64,000 nt of DNA from Dethiobacter alkaliphilus (GTDB lineage Bacteria > Bacillota > Dethiobacteria > DTU022 > UBA8154), in assembly GCA_016841605.1 (NCBI GenBank), contig JAENYV010000001.1, positions 429,056 through 493,055 on the forward strand. Direction: 5' to 3'. Both the position numbers and the translations under genes were made by a program. Shown piece after piece: positions 41,646-50,366 of the stretch. Each line of letters begins with the position of its first letter. Positions within the stretch are counted from its first letter, which is position 1. Under the pieces are notes generated by a model. It was not told the DNA's origin. It searched no databases and saw only the letters and a program-made list of their open reading frames with translations.

Positions 41646-42707
41646 ATGCGAGGCCAGCGCAAGCTGGACCACCTGAGGCTGGTCCAAACCCTGGAAGACG
41701 GTCCCGGAAATACGGGTTTCAATGACATTCATTTTATACATAACTGTCTGCCGGAACTAAATTCCCGGGAAATTAACACGGATTGTACTTTCTGTGGGAA
41801 AACTTTTCCTTTTCCCTTGATGATCAATGCCATAACCGGTGGGGTTGAGGAAGGGGAAAAAGTTAACCGCTCTCTGGCCGGAGCGGCGCGGCATCTGGGT
41901 ATCCCCATGGCGGTTGGGTCTCAGGCCGCTGCCCTGGAAGCGGAAGAAACTTACTCCACCTATCAGGTGGTCAGAAAAGAGAATCCCGACGGTTTCATTA
42001 TCGCCAATCTTTCCCCAGGGGTTTCTCCGGAAAATGCTCTGACAGCAGTGGAAATGATCCGGGCCGACGCTCTTCAGCTTCACCTTAATATTCCCCAGGA
42101 AGCGATGATGCCCCGGGGAGAGGGGGATTCCTTTTTCAGGGGTTATCTGGATAATATTCGCCGTATTGCCGAATCTGTTTCCGTGCCTGTGATCGTTAAG
42201 GAGGTCGGTTTCGGCATTGCCCGGGAGGAAGCTCTCCGGCTGCTGGATACGGGGATTGCAGCTTTGGATATAGGAGGAAAAGGAGGGACGAATTTTATCC
42301 GGGTGGAGGGAGAGAGGTCTCATCCGGAGGAAGGGGAGCCTTTTTTCCATTGGGGTATTCCCACGGCGGTTTCACTTGTAGAAGTAGTTGAGGCCGTTGA
42401 CTTCAAACTAGAGATTGTAGCCAGCGGAGGGATTCGGAGCGGACTGGATATTGCCAGAGTTCTCAGCCTGGGAGCCGGTATAGCCGGCGTTGCAGGTCCC
42501 CTGGTCCGGTGTTATTACGGGGAAGGGGAAGAGAGTATCATTAAATACCTTTCTGCGCTGGAAAAGCAGCTCAGACAGGTGATGCTCATGCAGGGTGCAA
42601 AAGATATCTACCAGCTGCGAAAAAGGCCCCTGGTTATCTTAGGTGAAACAGGTCAGTGGCTGGAAAGGAGAGGGATACGGGTTAATCATTTTGCCCTGCG
42701 AGGGTAG
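41646..42707 (+). CDS. fni: Type 2 (FMN-dependent) isopentenyl-diphosphate delta-isomerase
   Basis: Motifs are 'MINAITGG', 'VIVKEVGFGI', 'DIGGKGGTNF' and 'VASGGIRSGLD'. The ATG lies 1 nt after the upstream stop codon. Confidence 0.9.
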   Translation: MRGQRKLDHLRLVQTLEDGPGNTGFNDIHFIHNCLPELNSREINTDCTFCGKTFPFPLMINAITGGVEEGEKVNRSLAGAARHLGIPMAVGSQAAALEAEETYSTYQVVRKENPDGFIIANLSPGVSPENALTAVEMIRADALQLHLNIPQEAMMPRGEGDSFFRGYLDNIRRIAESVSVPVIVKEVGFGIAREEALRLLDTGIAALDIGGKGGTNFIRVEGERSHPEEGEPFFHWGIPTAVSLVEVVEAVDFKLEIVASGGIRSGLDIARVLSLGAGIAGVAGPLVRCYYGEGEESIIKYLSALEKQLRQVMLMQGAKDIYQLRKRPLVILGETGQWLERRGIRVNHFALRG

Positions 42708-42750
42708 AAATGAGAAGGCTAAGGAAGAAAAGGTAGGCAAATGCTAAACA

Positions 42751-42788
42751 AAAAAAAAGGGCAGGTTAGAAACCCGCCCTTTTTTTTT
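42751..42788. terminator. Bidirectional intrinsic terminator between fni and the satP-like gene
   Basis: An upstream A-run precedes the stem GGGCAGGTT/AACCCGCCC (1 mismatch), and T9 follows. Confidence 0.7.
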
Positions 42789-42887
42789 GTTTCAAGAAAG
42801 CTTTTTTTCAGTAAAGCTTTCTTTCAAAAAGTATGAAGATATTAATTGAACATATTATTCCTGCTTCGGTAATTATGTTGTATTATT

Positions 42888-43502
42888 TTAAGATGCAACA
42901 TTCTTTGATTCCGGTACCCCGCCTGGTTGGAATAAAGGTGAACCTATGGGCAGTAAAGGCTTATTGAACATTTCATTTAAGAATAGGGCACAGGCCATGT
43001 AAAGCATACCCAGAGCAAAAATAAGCAGACAATACCATCCTATTGTTCCTGCTCCTGCCCCGAGCACTCCCGCACCTGCAAATCCTACGAGCCATAGTCC
43101 GAGGTCGAGCAAGAGAACAAGAGTGAATAAAAACCAGCTTACAAGGCCGCAAGCGATAAAAAAGGCTGCCACATAAACAGCAACAACTAAAAATCCAACG
43201 CCTGATACAGCAGCGGAAACAGCATCGGTTTTAATCCATATTTTAACAATTTCTCCAAATGCCGGAGTAATACATAACATAAAGCCGAAAACTAATAGTG
43301 GTGTGGCAAAAAGCAAGCCGCCTCTTTTAAATTCGATTATACCGGTAATTACCTGAACTAACCCTCCAAATATTAGCCAACCGATAAGAAGAGGTGAAGG
43401 TTCGATCCATCCAAGGTTTGTCATTGCTAGCGGTATAACAACAGTGCATAAACCCATAATTCCCGCAGTTGCAGGATTCGCCCAAGTCATTTGGTTATTC
43501 AT
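42888..43502 (-). CDS. satP: GPR1/FUN34/YaaH (AceTr) family acetate/succinate channel
   Basis: Motifs are 'WANPATAGIMGL', 'FGGLVQVITGIIEFKRGG' and a C-terminal 'LNEMFNKPLLPIG'. The protein is collinear with E. coli SatP as I remember it. Confidence 0.75.
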   Translation of the reverse strand: MNNQMTWANPATAGIMGLCTVVIPLAMTNLGWIEPSPLLIGWLIFGGLVQVITGIIEFKRGGLLFATPLLVFGFMLCITPAFGEIVKIWIKTDAVSAAVSGVGFLVVAVYVAAFFIACGLVSWFLFTLVLLLDLGLWLVGFAGAGVLGAGAGTIGWYCLLIFALGMLYMACALFLNEMFNKPLLPIGSPLFQPGGVPESKNVAS

Positions 43503-43730
43503 ATTTATCCCTCTTTTCGCTTAAAATATATTGTTTCATAAACTAGAAACCGGTTTAAAATTCAGACCATTTATTTGAAAAAAACATTCCCCCCTTCAAT
43601 TAATCTATAATTTAGCATTTAAAGTATAGAAAATACCCCCTTTCATGTGTGCTTCATGTCATGATAAATTACTTATTTTAAAGATATTTTTTAAAAAATT
43701 TGCAAAGGTTCAAAGAGTTAATATAGACAG

Positions 43731-43758
43731 ATTATCCTACATTATTAGACACTGTCAA
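43731..43758 (-). promoter_or_regulatory. Putative sigma-A promoter for the satP-like gene inside a conserved roughly 85-bp element (43731-43815)
   Basis: On the minus strand, TTGACA (43758-43753) is separated by 16 nt from GATAAT (43736-43731). The surrounding sequence is repeated at 53476-53560. Confidence 0.5.
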
Positions 43759-44055
43759 TAACTAAATTGGTTGAAAATTTAAACATAGTTTTTACCCATA
43801 TTGGCCAAACTAAAAAATTATAAAAATTTAAAAATGTTTTATTAATATTTGTCTAATATGGCTTAAAGAAAAAAAGAAATATTACACCAATTTAGATATT
43901 GACATAATCGACAAAACTATACTAAATTTATTAATATAGATGTACTTACGGGTTAAAAGATAATAAATTTTTTGTAAAATCAATTATTATAGATTATTCA
44001 AACCAGGATATAATGAAGGGACCCAAAATACTATTTTTTAGGGGAGGTTTTAAGC

Positions 44056-45405
44056 ATGAGTTTTAAAGATCTGCGTGAGTTTATGAATCATTTAAGAGTA
44101 CATAATCAACTTTTGGAGGTGGATCAGCCGCTTTCTCCTTATTTTGAAATAGGTGCCGCACTTCGTTATCTGGACCGGGGGGACTCCGACCGAGCTGTTT
44201 ATTTTCCCAATGTAGTTGACTATTCCAGCCCTGTCGTAGGTAATCTTCTGGGCAGCTATGAGCGGATTGCTATGGCGTTGGGCGTGGAAAAGGACCAGCT
44301 TTTAGCGGAGTTTACTTCACGTACAAAAAACATGATTAAACCTCTTTTAGTTGAGCAAAGTCCCGTCGAAGAGGTCGTCTATCGGCAAGAAATCGATTTA
44401 ATGAAGATTCTTCCTGTTTTAACTCACCATGCCAAGGATACCGGTCCGTACCTGACTTCCGCGTTGTTGGTTTCCTCCGACCCGGAAACAGGAGAGCGGG
44501 GGATGGGGATTCATCGAATTCTTGTCAGGGGGAAAAACGAAATAGGGATTTTTCTCTATAATCCACCGATCAGGACCTTTTTCGATAAAGCGGAGGCTAT
44601 GGGCAAACCGCTCGATATCGCTGTTGTGTCAGGGGTCGAGCCCGCTCTATTTCTATCATCAATAGTTCCCATCAAAAATGAAAAAACAGATAAATTTGAA
44701 GTGGCCGGGGGGTTGAGAGGGGAACCGGTAGAGCTTTTTACCTGCGGAGAGAACCAACTTCAGGTTCCGGCTCAGGCTGAGTTTGTCTTGTTAGGTCAGG
44801 TGCTGCCCGGGGTTAGAAAAGAGGAAGGTCCTTTTGGGGAATCATCCGGTTACTACCTGACATACCATAATCCCGTCGCTTTAATCCATACGGTGATGCA
44901 CAGACGTAATCCTATTTACCATGCATTAATGCCTTTTAACAAGGAAAACGACCTGCTGCTGAACTTGATCTGGGAATATTCCGTAGGAAAGGATCTAAAG
45001 GAGAAAATACCTTCATTAACTGATTTTCGTCTAACTTCTGTTCTGGGGATGAGTGCTTTGCTGCAAATTGAAAAAACAGCGGAGAATCAGCCGAGGGAAA
45101 TTCTGGAATATATTTTAACTACAAACCCCCTGATTAAGAGTGCAATTATAGTGGATACCGATGTAGATCTTTCCCGGTGGGACGATATAAACTGGGCGCT
45201 TTCTACTCGTTTTCAACCCCATGCGGATCTATTTATCCTCAATGATATGGAGGGGTACCCACTGGATCCGTCAGCTAAAAATTTAGTTACTTCCAAGTGG
45301 GGAATCGACGCCACTGTGCCTTTGGCAGAGAAAAGCCTTTTTGAAAAAGTGGTAGTGCCTGCGGATGTTATGAAGAAGGTTAGCGGAATGTTGAAAAATA
45401 TATAA
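44056..45405 (+). CDS. UbiD-family (prFMN-dependent) decarboxylase, short form (449 aa)
   Basis: Motifs are 'DPETGERGMGIHR', 'EEGPFGESSGYY' and 'IIVDTDVD'. The ATG follows a strong RBS, AGGGGAGG. Confidence 0.85.
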   Translation: MSFKDLREFMNHLRVHNQLLEVDQPLSPYFEIGAALRYLDRGDSDRAVYFPNVVDYSSPVVGNLLGSYERIAMALGVEKDQLLAEFTSRTKNMIKPLLVEQSPVEEVVYRQEIDLMKILPVLTHHAKDTGPYLTSALLVSSDPETGERGMGIHRILVRGKNEIGIFLYNPPIRTFFDKAEAMGKPLDIAVVSGVEPALFLSSIVPIKNEKTDKFEVAGGLRGEPVELFTCGENQLQVPAQAEFVLLGQVLPGVRKEEGPFGESSGYYLTYHNPVALIHTVMHRRNPIYHALMPFNKENDLLLNLIWEYSVGKDLKEKIPSLTDFRLTSVLGMSALLQIEKTAENQPREILEYILTTNPLIKSAIIVDTDVDLSRWDDINWALSTRFQPHADLFILNDMEGYPLDPSAKNLVTSKWGIDATVPLAEKSLFEKVVVPADVMKKVSGMLKNI

Positions 45406-45424
45406 TAGTTAAAAGGAGTATAAA

Positions 45425-46510
45425 ATGACAGCCAAAGTAATGACAATAAACGGAACAATTCAAAGCGGAAGAGGAGAAGCAGGGCAGTTTATGGAGATCG
45501 ATTGGGTTAGGGAACAGTTCCGGCAAATAAGCGGTTTTGTTTCTTATCCCGGGACTGTTAACCTGGCAATTAACTCGATGGATGCCGATTTCATTCGCCA
45601 GCTAGCCTGTGCGCGGGGGGTGAGGGTGATTCCCCCTGCCGGGGCGGATTCGTTCTGTGAAGCCCGTATTCTTTTACTGGGTGTGGAGGACCAGCCTGCT
45701 GCCCTGGTTTTCCCTATGGTAAATGACTATTATGAGAATACGGCCGAGATAATTGCCCCGGTCAAACTTAAAACACACCTGGGAAAAGAAGATGGCGATG
45801 CTTTAATGGTGAGATTGATGGTACCGGAAAAATTGGCTCTTCCCAAGGGCATTATTTTTGACCTGGACGGGACGCTCATTGATTCCATAGAACTTTATTA
45901 TAGTATCCTCTGTGAAGGGTTGCGGCATTTCAACCTGCCTCTTCCGGAGAGAGCATGGATTATGGAGATTATGGGCGCAGGAACGGGCTTCTGGGAGGCA
46001 TGGGAGAGTATTACTGCCAATAAAGAGGAAGAATTTCGCAAGCAGAGCATGGCTCTTTTCGAGGAAATATGGGCCCGCCGCTATGACAGGGAGGTCAGGC
46101 TTTTTCCCGGGGTGTCCGAGCTACTTGCCCGCCTGCATAAAACCGATGTCAAAATGGGTGTGGTTACATCATCTTTTTATGTAAAAAAAATGAATTTGTT
46201 CGGCCAAAATGGTATGAACTATCACGAACTTTTTCAATCCATCATTACAAAAAGAGATACAGTAAAGAAAAAACCCGATCCCGAACCGATCAGGCGCTGT
46301 CTGAAACAAATGGGGTTGGAAAGCAAGGACTGCATCTGTGTGGGGGATTCCCCCTGCGACATTGCTGCCGGGCGGGATTGTGAAATGCTGACGATAGGAC
46401 TATTGACCGGGACAGGAACACGACAAAATCTCTCCAAAGAGGGTGCCGATTTGATTCTCGACGATGTTACCCGATTACCGGAATTTATTAATATAGAAAA
46501 AGTTCTTTAA
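45425..46510 (+). CDS. Fusion of an archaeal-type CTP-dependent riboflavin kinase domain (N) with a HAD-IA phosphatase domain (C)
   Basis: The N-terminal domain shows 'INGTIQSGRGEAGQFM', 'GFVSYPGTVNL' and 'AEIIAPVKLKTHLGKEDGD', collinear with MJ0056-type RibK. The C-terminal domain shows 'IIFDLDGTLIDS', 'KKKPDPEP' and 'VGDSPCDIAAG'. Confidence 0.75.
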   Translation: MTAKVMTINGTIQSGRGEAGQFMEIDWVREQFRQISGFVSYPGTVNLAINSMDADFIRQLACARGVRVIPPAGADSFCEARILLLGVEDQPAALVFPMVNDYYENTAEIIAPVKLKTHLGKEDGDALMVRLMVPEKLALPKGIIFDLDGTLIDSIELYYSILCEGLRHFNLPLPERAWIMEIMGAGTGFWEAWESITANKEEEFRKQSMALFEEIWARRYDREVRLFPGVSELLARLHKTDVKMGVVTSSFYVKKMNLFGQNGMNYHELFQSIITKRDTVKKKPDPEPIRRCLKQMGLESKDCICVGDSPCDIAAGRDCEMLTIGLLTGTGTRQNLSKEGADLILDDVTRLPEFINIEKVL

Positions 46511-46558
46511 AAGTTGTACAATAGATGTGTTTAATGTTTTTTAGGGGGTGGCATCACA

Positions 46559-47140
46559 ATGGAAGAGATGGAATTTTATGCGGGAAGCAAAAGGGATGTC
46601 AATAAAGGTTACTGGATGAGCTTTGAGAATCATTCCAGGCTGGAAGATACAAAAAAGAAGGTCTATTCACGGTGCGTTCCCTGTTTGGAAAAGCTTTACG
46701 AGCAATTGGGCAATGCTCCTGACCGGCTGGTTCTGGAAGAGCCCTTAAGCTGCTGGAAAGTGGTAGTGGTTCTGGAAAGCGAGGAAGAGTGTCTCTCTCT
46801 GCTGGAAGCCTATCAGGAAGAGAAATTTCCCCTTTCAAAAAGTTTGCGCGGCCGGATGGGGACAAGGGATAGGGAGAGCCCGGGTGTAGTTCTTATCTTT
46901 CATATTCACGATGAAGAGCAAAGGGATGAGCTTTTTGCCGATATGGAGAAGCTGGCCGAAAAAATTAATCCGAACTATAAAATTTTTGTGGAACGGGGCT
47001 GTGGAGATCTATACGGCGCTCTTTGTGGAGATTGGAACAAATGGCAAGAAACAACTCCCATTAAAAATTCTTCTATTATTCCTTTTGTCAGGGAAAAAGT
47101 TGCAAAATTACTGCGTGGGGAATACAATACGACAGATTAA
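46559..47140 (+). CDS. Hypothetical protein (no recognisable family; Cys pairs C39/C42 and C156/C164 in ORF numbering)
   Basis: The 193-aa ORF lies between the RibK-HAD gene and ubiX. Coding status is supported only by length and context. Confidence 0.4.
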   Translation: MEEMEFYAGSKRDVNKGYWMSFENHSRLEDTKKKVYSRCVPCLEKLYEQLGNAPDRLVLEEPLSCWKVVVVLESEEECLSLLEAYQEEKFPLSKSLRGRMGTRDRESPGVVLIFHIHDEEQRDELFADMEKLAEKINPNYKIFVERGCGDLYGALCGDWNKWQETTPIKNSSIIPFVREKVAKLLRGEYNTTD

Positions 47141-47209
47141 TTTTCTTATTAAATATAAAATTTTATTTAAGAAAAAAAATGTCACAGTTTTGAAAAAATT
47201 TTTAAAAAT

Positions 47210-47238
47210 GCTGCCCCTTACATCAAATTCGGGGCAGC
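47210..47238. terminator. Bidirectional terminator between the orphan gene and ubiX
   Basis: The 8-bp stem GCTGCCCC/GGGGCAGC is flanked by T-rich sequence on both strands. Confidence 0.5.
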
Positions 47239-47303
47239 ACAAATATTTTTGTCGGAAGATCGCCTGCCCGTCCTGCATCCTGCAAAAACCGGGACTTTGC
47301 AAA

Positions 47304-47897
47304 TTATATGGCCTCTTTTCTTTTTATCTTCTCGATATATTCAGCACCGCGCCAGCGGTTGAACAGATCGTGAGTAAGGTCAAATTGATCCAGAGCTTTT
47401 CCAACTGTCTGATTAATAACATCATCAATAGTTTTGGGCAAATTATAGAAGGCAGGCATAGGCGGCAAAATCAGTCCTCCATTTTCTGCCACTGCCGACA
47501 TCAACTTTAAATGGCCCAGGTGGAGAGGAGTCTCTCTAACTATGAGGACTAGTTTTTTCTTTTCCTTTAACATCACATCTGCAGCCCTTACCAGCAGGTT
47601 TGAGTTAAAAGAATTGGCTATGGCAGACAGACTTCTAATGGAGCAGGGCGCGACAATCATTCCCTGTATTTTAAAAGAACCGCTGGAGATAGAAGCTCCA
47701 ATATCATTGATATCATGTAACTCGGTAGCCATATCTTCGACTTCCTGGACAGTATAGTCGGTCTCCAGTTCAATAGTTCTTTTAGCGGCGTCTGTGAGCA
47801 CAAGGTGGACTTTCACACCAAGGTGGTGTAATGTTTCTACAATTCTGATACCGTATATGGCTCCTGTCGCTCCTGATATACCAACCGCTAGCCTCAC
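47304..47897 (-). CDS. ubiX: Flavin prenyltransferase UbiX
   Basis: Motifs are 'RLAVGISGATGAIYGIR' and 'MIVAPCSIRSLSAIANS'. GTG start after an AAGGAGG RBS. Confidence 0.92.
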   Translation of the reverse strand: MRLAVGISGATGAIYGIRIVETLHHLGVKVHLVLTDAAKRTIELETDYTVQEVEDMATELHDINDIGASISSGSFKIQGMIVAPCSIRSLSAIANSFNSNLLVRAADVMLKEKKKLVLIVRETPLHLGHLKLMSAVAENGGLILPPMPAFYNLPKTIDDVINQTVGKALDQFDLTHDLFNRWRGAEYIEKIKRKEAI

Positions 47898-47938
47898 TTT
47901 TTGCTACCTCCTTTTATACGCTGATTCACCAAAAGGTG

Positions 47939-47996
47939 AAAAAAACCGGCAGAAGAAATGTTGCAGTTATCATACAATCTGCCGGTTTTCTAATTA
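47939..47996 (-). terminator. Intrinsic terminator between the ppcD-like gene and ubiX
   Basis: On the minus strand the 9-bp stem ACCGGCAGA/TCTGCCGGT is followed by T7. Confidence 0.6.
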
Positions 47997-48036
47997 ACAG
48001 CAGCAATATTATGTTTTTTTATATTATGCTTTTAAT

Positions 48037-48291
48037 TTACAGATAGCGTTCGGGAACAATACTAACTTCCTTGACAACCTGGATGGAATAAGGCTGATTA
48101 TGGACCTGCCCTCTTCCAAAACGGACCTGTAATTTCTCGGGATATTTATCCGCATCCGGAGAAACCATCGCCATTACGTGCTTGTAAGCATACTTTTGGA
48201 GTCCCGGCGATAAATCCCTGACCGACAGTTTAATTTCCTTTCCTTCCGGTAGATCTGCAAGACTATTTATAAAGACGTCATATTTGAACAT
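48037..48291 (-). CDS. ppcD: Small (about 10 kDa) subunit, PpcD-like by size and position
   Basis: The 84-aa product runs from the ATG at 48291, which is preceded by GGAAGGAG. The ORF track opens at 48309. It lies immediately after the second UbiD-like gene. No family motif was recognised. Confidence 0.5.
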   Translation of the reverse strand: MFKYDVFINSLADLPEGKEIKLSVRDLSPGLQKYAYKHVMAMVSPDADKYPEKLQVRFGRGQVHNQPYSIQVVKEVSIVPERYL

Positions 48292-48308
48292 TTTAGCAAC
48301 TCCTTCCA

Positions 48309-49748
48309 TTAAGACTTAAATCCATATTTTTCCCAGTTGGCAAGAACCTTGTCCTGGAGTTCCTGGGGATAAACAGTTTTAAAGGAAACCAGACTTGGAA
48401 CCTCACTGAATGAATCCCAGTCCAGCGGGAAGGTGCAGTCAAAGAGAACTTTCGGTCCGACGGACTTGATACGCTCTGCAGCACTGAGGAAGGGATAGAG
48501 AGGAGTCCCCACTCCCTGCCAGATGTGAATCCCGGTACCCGGATGGCACTTGGTTGTCCAGGCATGTAAAACCTCGTTAAAATTATAGATATCGCATTTG
48601 TCATCAACAACTACAACCATATGGAACCAGGGGCCCAGTTTGCTGCCAAAAACTGTCTGGGCAATCTGCGCAGCTATATTGGTATAAATCGGCTTTACAC
48701 CGACGATAACAAGGTGATGGGTAGACTCAGGCATCATAAATACACCTGTGATGGGTATACCCTGGCTGCGGAGAAGTTTATCCATCTCCAGACCGAGGGA
48801 GAAGGAGCGGAGCAACTGCCCTTCATCGGTGGGCACGCCCATATTGGAGATAGTGGTAATGGGGTCATTGCGGAAAGTTATGGCTTTGACACGATAACAG
48901 GTCCTCATATCCCTGGGGGAAGTGCGGTAACCGGTGTATTCGCCAAAGGGTCCTTCTTCCAGGGAGACATCGGGAAGGATTTCTCCCTCAATAATTATCT
49001 CCGCATTAGCCGGAACTTCCAGGTCTACGGTTTCGCATTTGACCAACTCGATGGGTTTCCCCATCAGCATACCTGCAAAATCAGTCTCGGGAATGGGTGA
49101 AGGAGCCGAGGCCGCGATAGCTGAAATGGGATCCGGTCCGATAACTGTGGCAAAAGGCATCGGTTTTCCCGCGGGCTTATATTTGCCGTGGAAGACCTTG
49201 CCGCCATCAGAAAAGGGAAGCAGGGGACCGGTCATTGTTTTGCCGTCATAAACCATCTGGCGGTACATTCCCCAGTTGACATCGCCGTTGTCGGGATCTT
49301 TCGTAACAATAAAGTGCCAGGTGCAGAGGTAACGTCCCCCATCTCCTTCGTGCACAATAGGGGCAGGGAGGAGGTTGAGTATATCCGCTTCGTCACCGAT
49401 GAAAATGTTTTCCTTGCAGGGAGCTTTGTCCTTATCAACCAGGACAGGCTTTACAGGAGCTTTATTTGTTGTCCTTTCCAGGTAGACATTGGCAATTTCA
49501 GGGATACTGCTGTTAGGGTCCAGTCCCATAGCAATGGCCAGCTTCCGGTAGGTTGACAGAGGGGCCCCGAAGTAGCGGTGGCCGGGATACTCTTTAATTT
49601 TATTCATTAACGGGGATTGTAATTTTTCTTCGCAAACTTTGCGGACAATGGCGCCGGCTTCCATATCCCAGTCAACTTCCTGGTTGATGGTTACTAATTC
49701 GCCTGCAGCTTCTAAAGCTTTAATATATTCACGATTATCTTTGTACAC
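48309..49748 (-). CDS. ppcA: UbiD-family carboxylase subunit (phenylphosphate carboxylase alpha/beta-like)
   Basis: The 479-aa protein carries 'DVNWGMYRQ', 'EEGPFGEYTGY' and 'VVVVDDKCDI'. The A versus B assignment rests on gene order only. Confidence 0.6.
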   Translation of the reverse strand: MYKDNREYIKALEAAGELVTINQEVDWDMEAGAIVRKVCEEKLQSPLMNKIKEYPGHRYFGAPLSTYRKLAIAMGLDPNSSIPEIANVYLERTTNKAPVKPVLVDKDKAPCKENIFIGDEADILNLLPAPIVHEGDGGRYLCTWHFIVTKDPDNGDVNWGMYRQMVYDGKTMTGPLLPFSDGGKVFHGKYKPAGKPMPFATVIGPDPISAIAASAPSPIPETDFAGMLMGKPIELVKCETVDLEVPANAEIIIEGEILPDVSLEEGPFGEYTGYRTSPRDMRTCYRVKAITFRNDPITTISNMGVPTDEGQLLRSFSLGLEMDKLLRSQGIPITGVFMMPESTHHLVIVGVKPIYTNIAAQIAQTVFGSKLGPWFHMVVVVDDKCDIYNFNEVLHAWTTKCHPGTGIHIWQGVGTPLYPFLSAAERIKSVGPKVLFDCTFPLDWDSFSEVPSLVSFKTVYPQELQDKVLANWEKYGFKS

Positions 49749-49823
49749 GTATTGAACCTCCTTTATTTGGTTTGAATGTCTGGTAAGAATGGAGATAGCG
49801 ATCGAGATAAGATAAGATAGAGA

Positions 49824-50366
49824 TTACCAGCCCTTGGCCATTACCTTGTCACAGAAGGGCTGCCATTTGCCCTGGGCTTCCAGGAGAAACTCGGCCAGTT
49901 CTCTGGCCACACCTTTACCGCCGGCTTTTTCCGTTATCCAGTCGGCTATTTCATAAGCCAGTTTTTTAGCATCCGAGGGAGCGACGGAGAACCCTACTCT
50001 TTTCATTACGCCACAATCGATAACTTCATCGCCCACATAGCAGGCTTCCTCATCTGTGATGCCCAATTCTTCCAGTAGTTGTTCATACTTTTTAACTTTT
50101 TCTTTTTCCTGGTAAAATCTTTTAACCCCGATATCTGCCATCCTGGCGGCCACTGAGGCGGACTTTCTGGTGATAACTGCCACTTCAATGCCCATTAACA
50201 TCATGGCATTCATGCCAAAGCCGTCCTCATGGCAGAACTGCCTGATTCTTTTACCTTCGTCAGTGTAAAGAACGTCATTATCCGAAAGTACTCCGTGAAC
50301 ATCAAAAACGACGAGTTTAATCTTTTTTGCCTTCTCAACAGCTGCTGCAATATTTTTTTCCATCAT
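49824..50366 (-). CDS. ppcC: KdsC-like HAD-superfamily subunit (phenylphosphate carboxylase gamma-like)
   Basis: The 180-aa protein carries 'LVVFDVHGVLSDNDVLY', 'AVITRKS', 'YVGDEVIDCGVMKRVG' and 'GGKGVARE', collinear with KdsC. Confidence 0.6.
   Translation of the reverse strand: MMEKNIAAAVEKAKKIKLVVFDVHGVLSDNDVLYTDEGKRIRQFCHEDGFGMNAMMLMGIEVAVITRKSASVAARMADIGVKRFYQEKEKVKKYEQLLEELGITDEEACYVGDEVIDCGVMKRVGFSVAPSDAKKLAYEIADWITEKAGGKGVARELAEFLLEAQGKWQPFCDKVMAKGW

Noticed and set aside
44056-45405. Reading the short UbiD paralog next to fni as the archaeal-type anhydromevalonate-phosphate decarboxylase, or as the futalosine-pathway decarboxylase (MqnL-type).
   Set aside because: The companion genes are absent from the window. 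These would be the phosphomevalonate dehydratase subunits and isopentenyl-phosphate kinase, or the MqnP-type prenyltransferase and other mqn genes. The family-level call 'UbiD family' is all the sequence supports.
46911-47510. 199-aa plus-strand ORF bridging the orphan gene, the terminator and ubiX antisense.
   Set aside because: It overlaps the well-supported ubiX gene on the opposite strand and crosses a terminator. Its sequence is low-complexity Lys/Leu/Phe-rich, as expected from AT-rich non-coding DNA.
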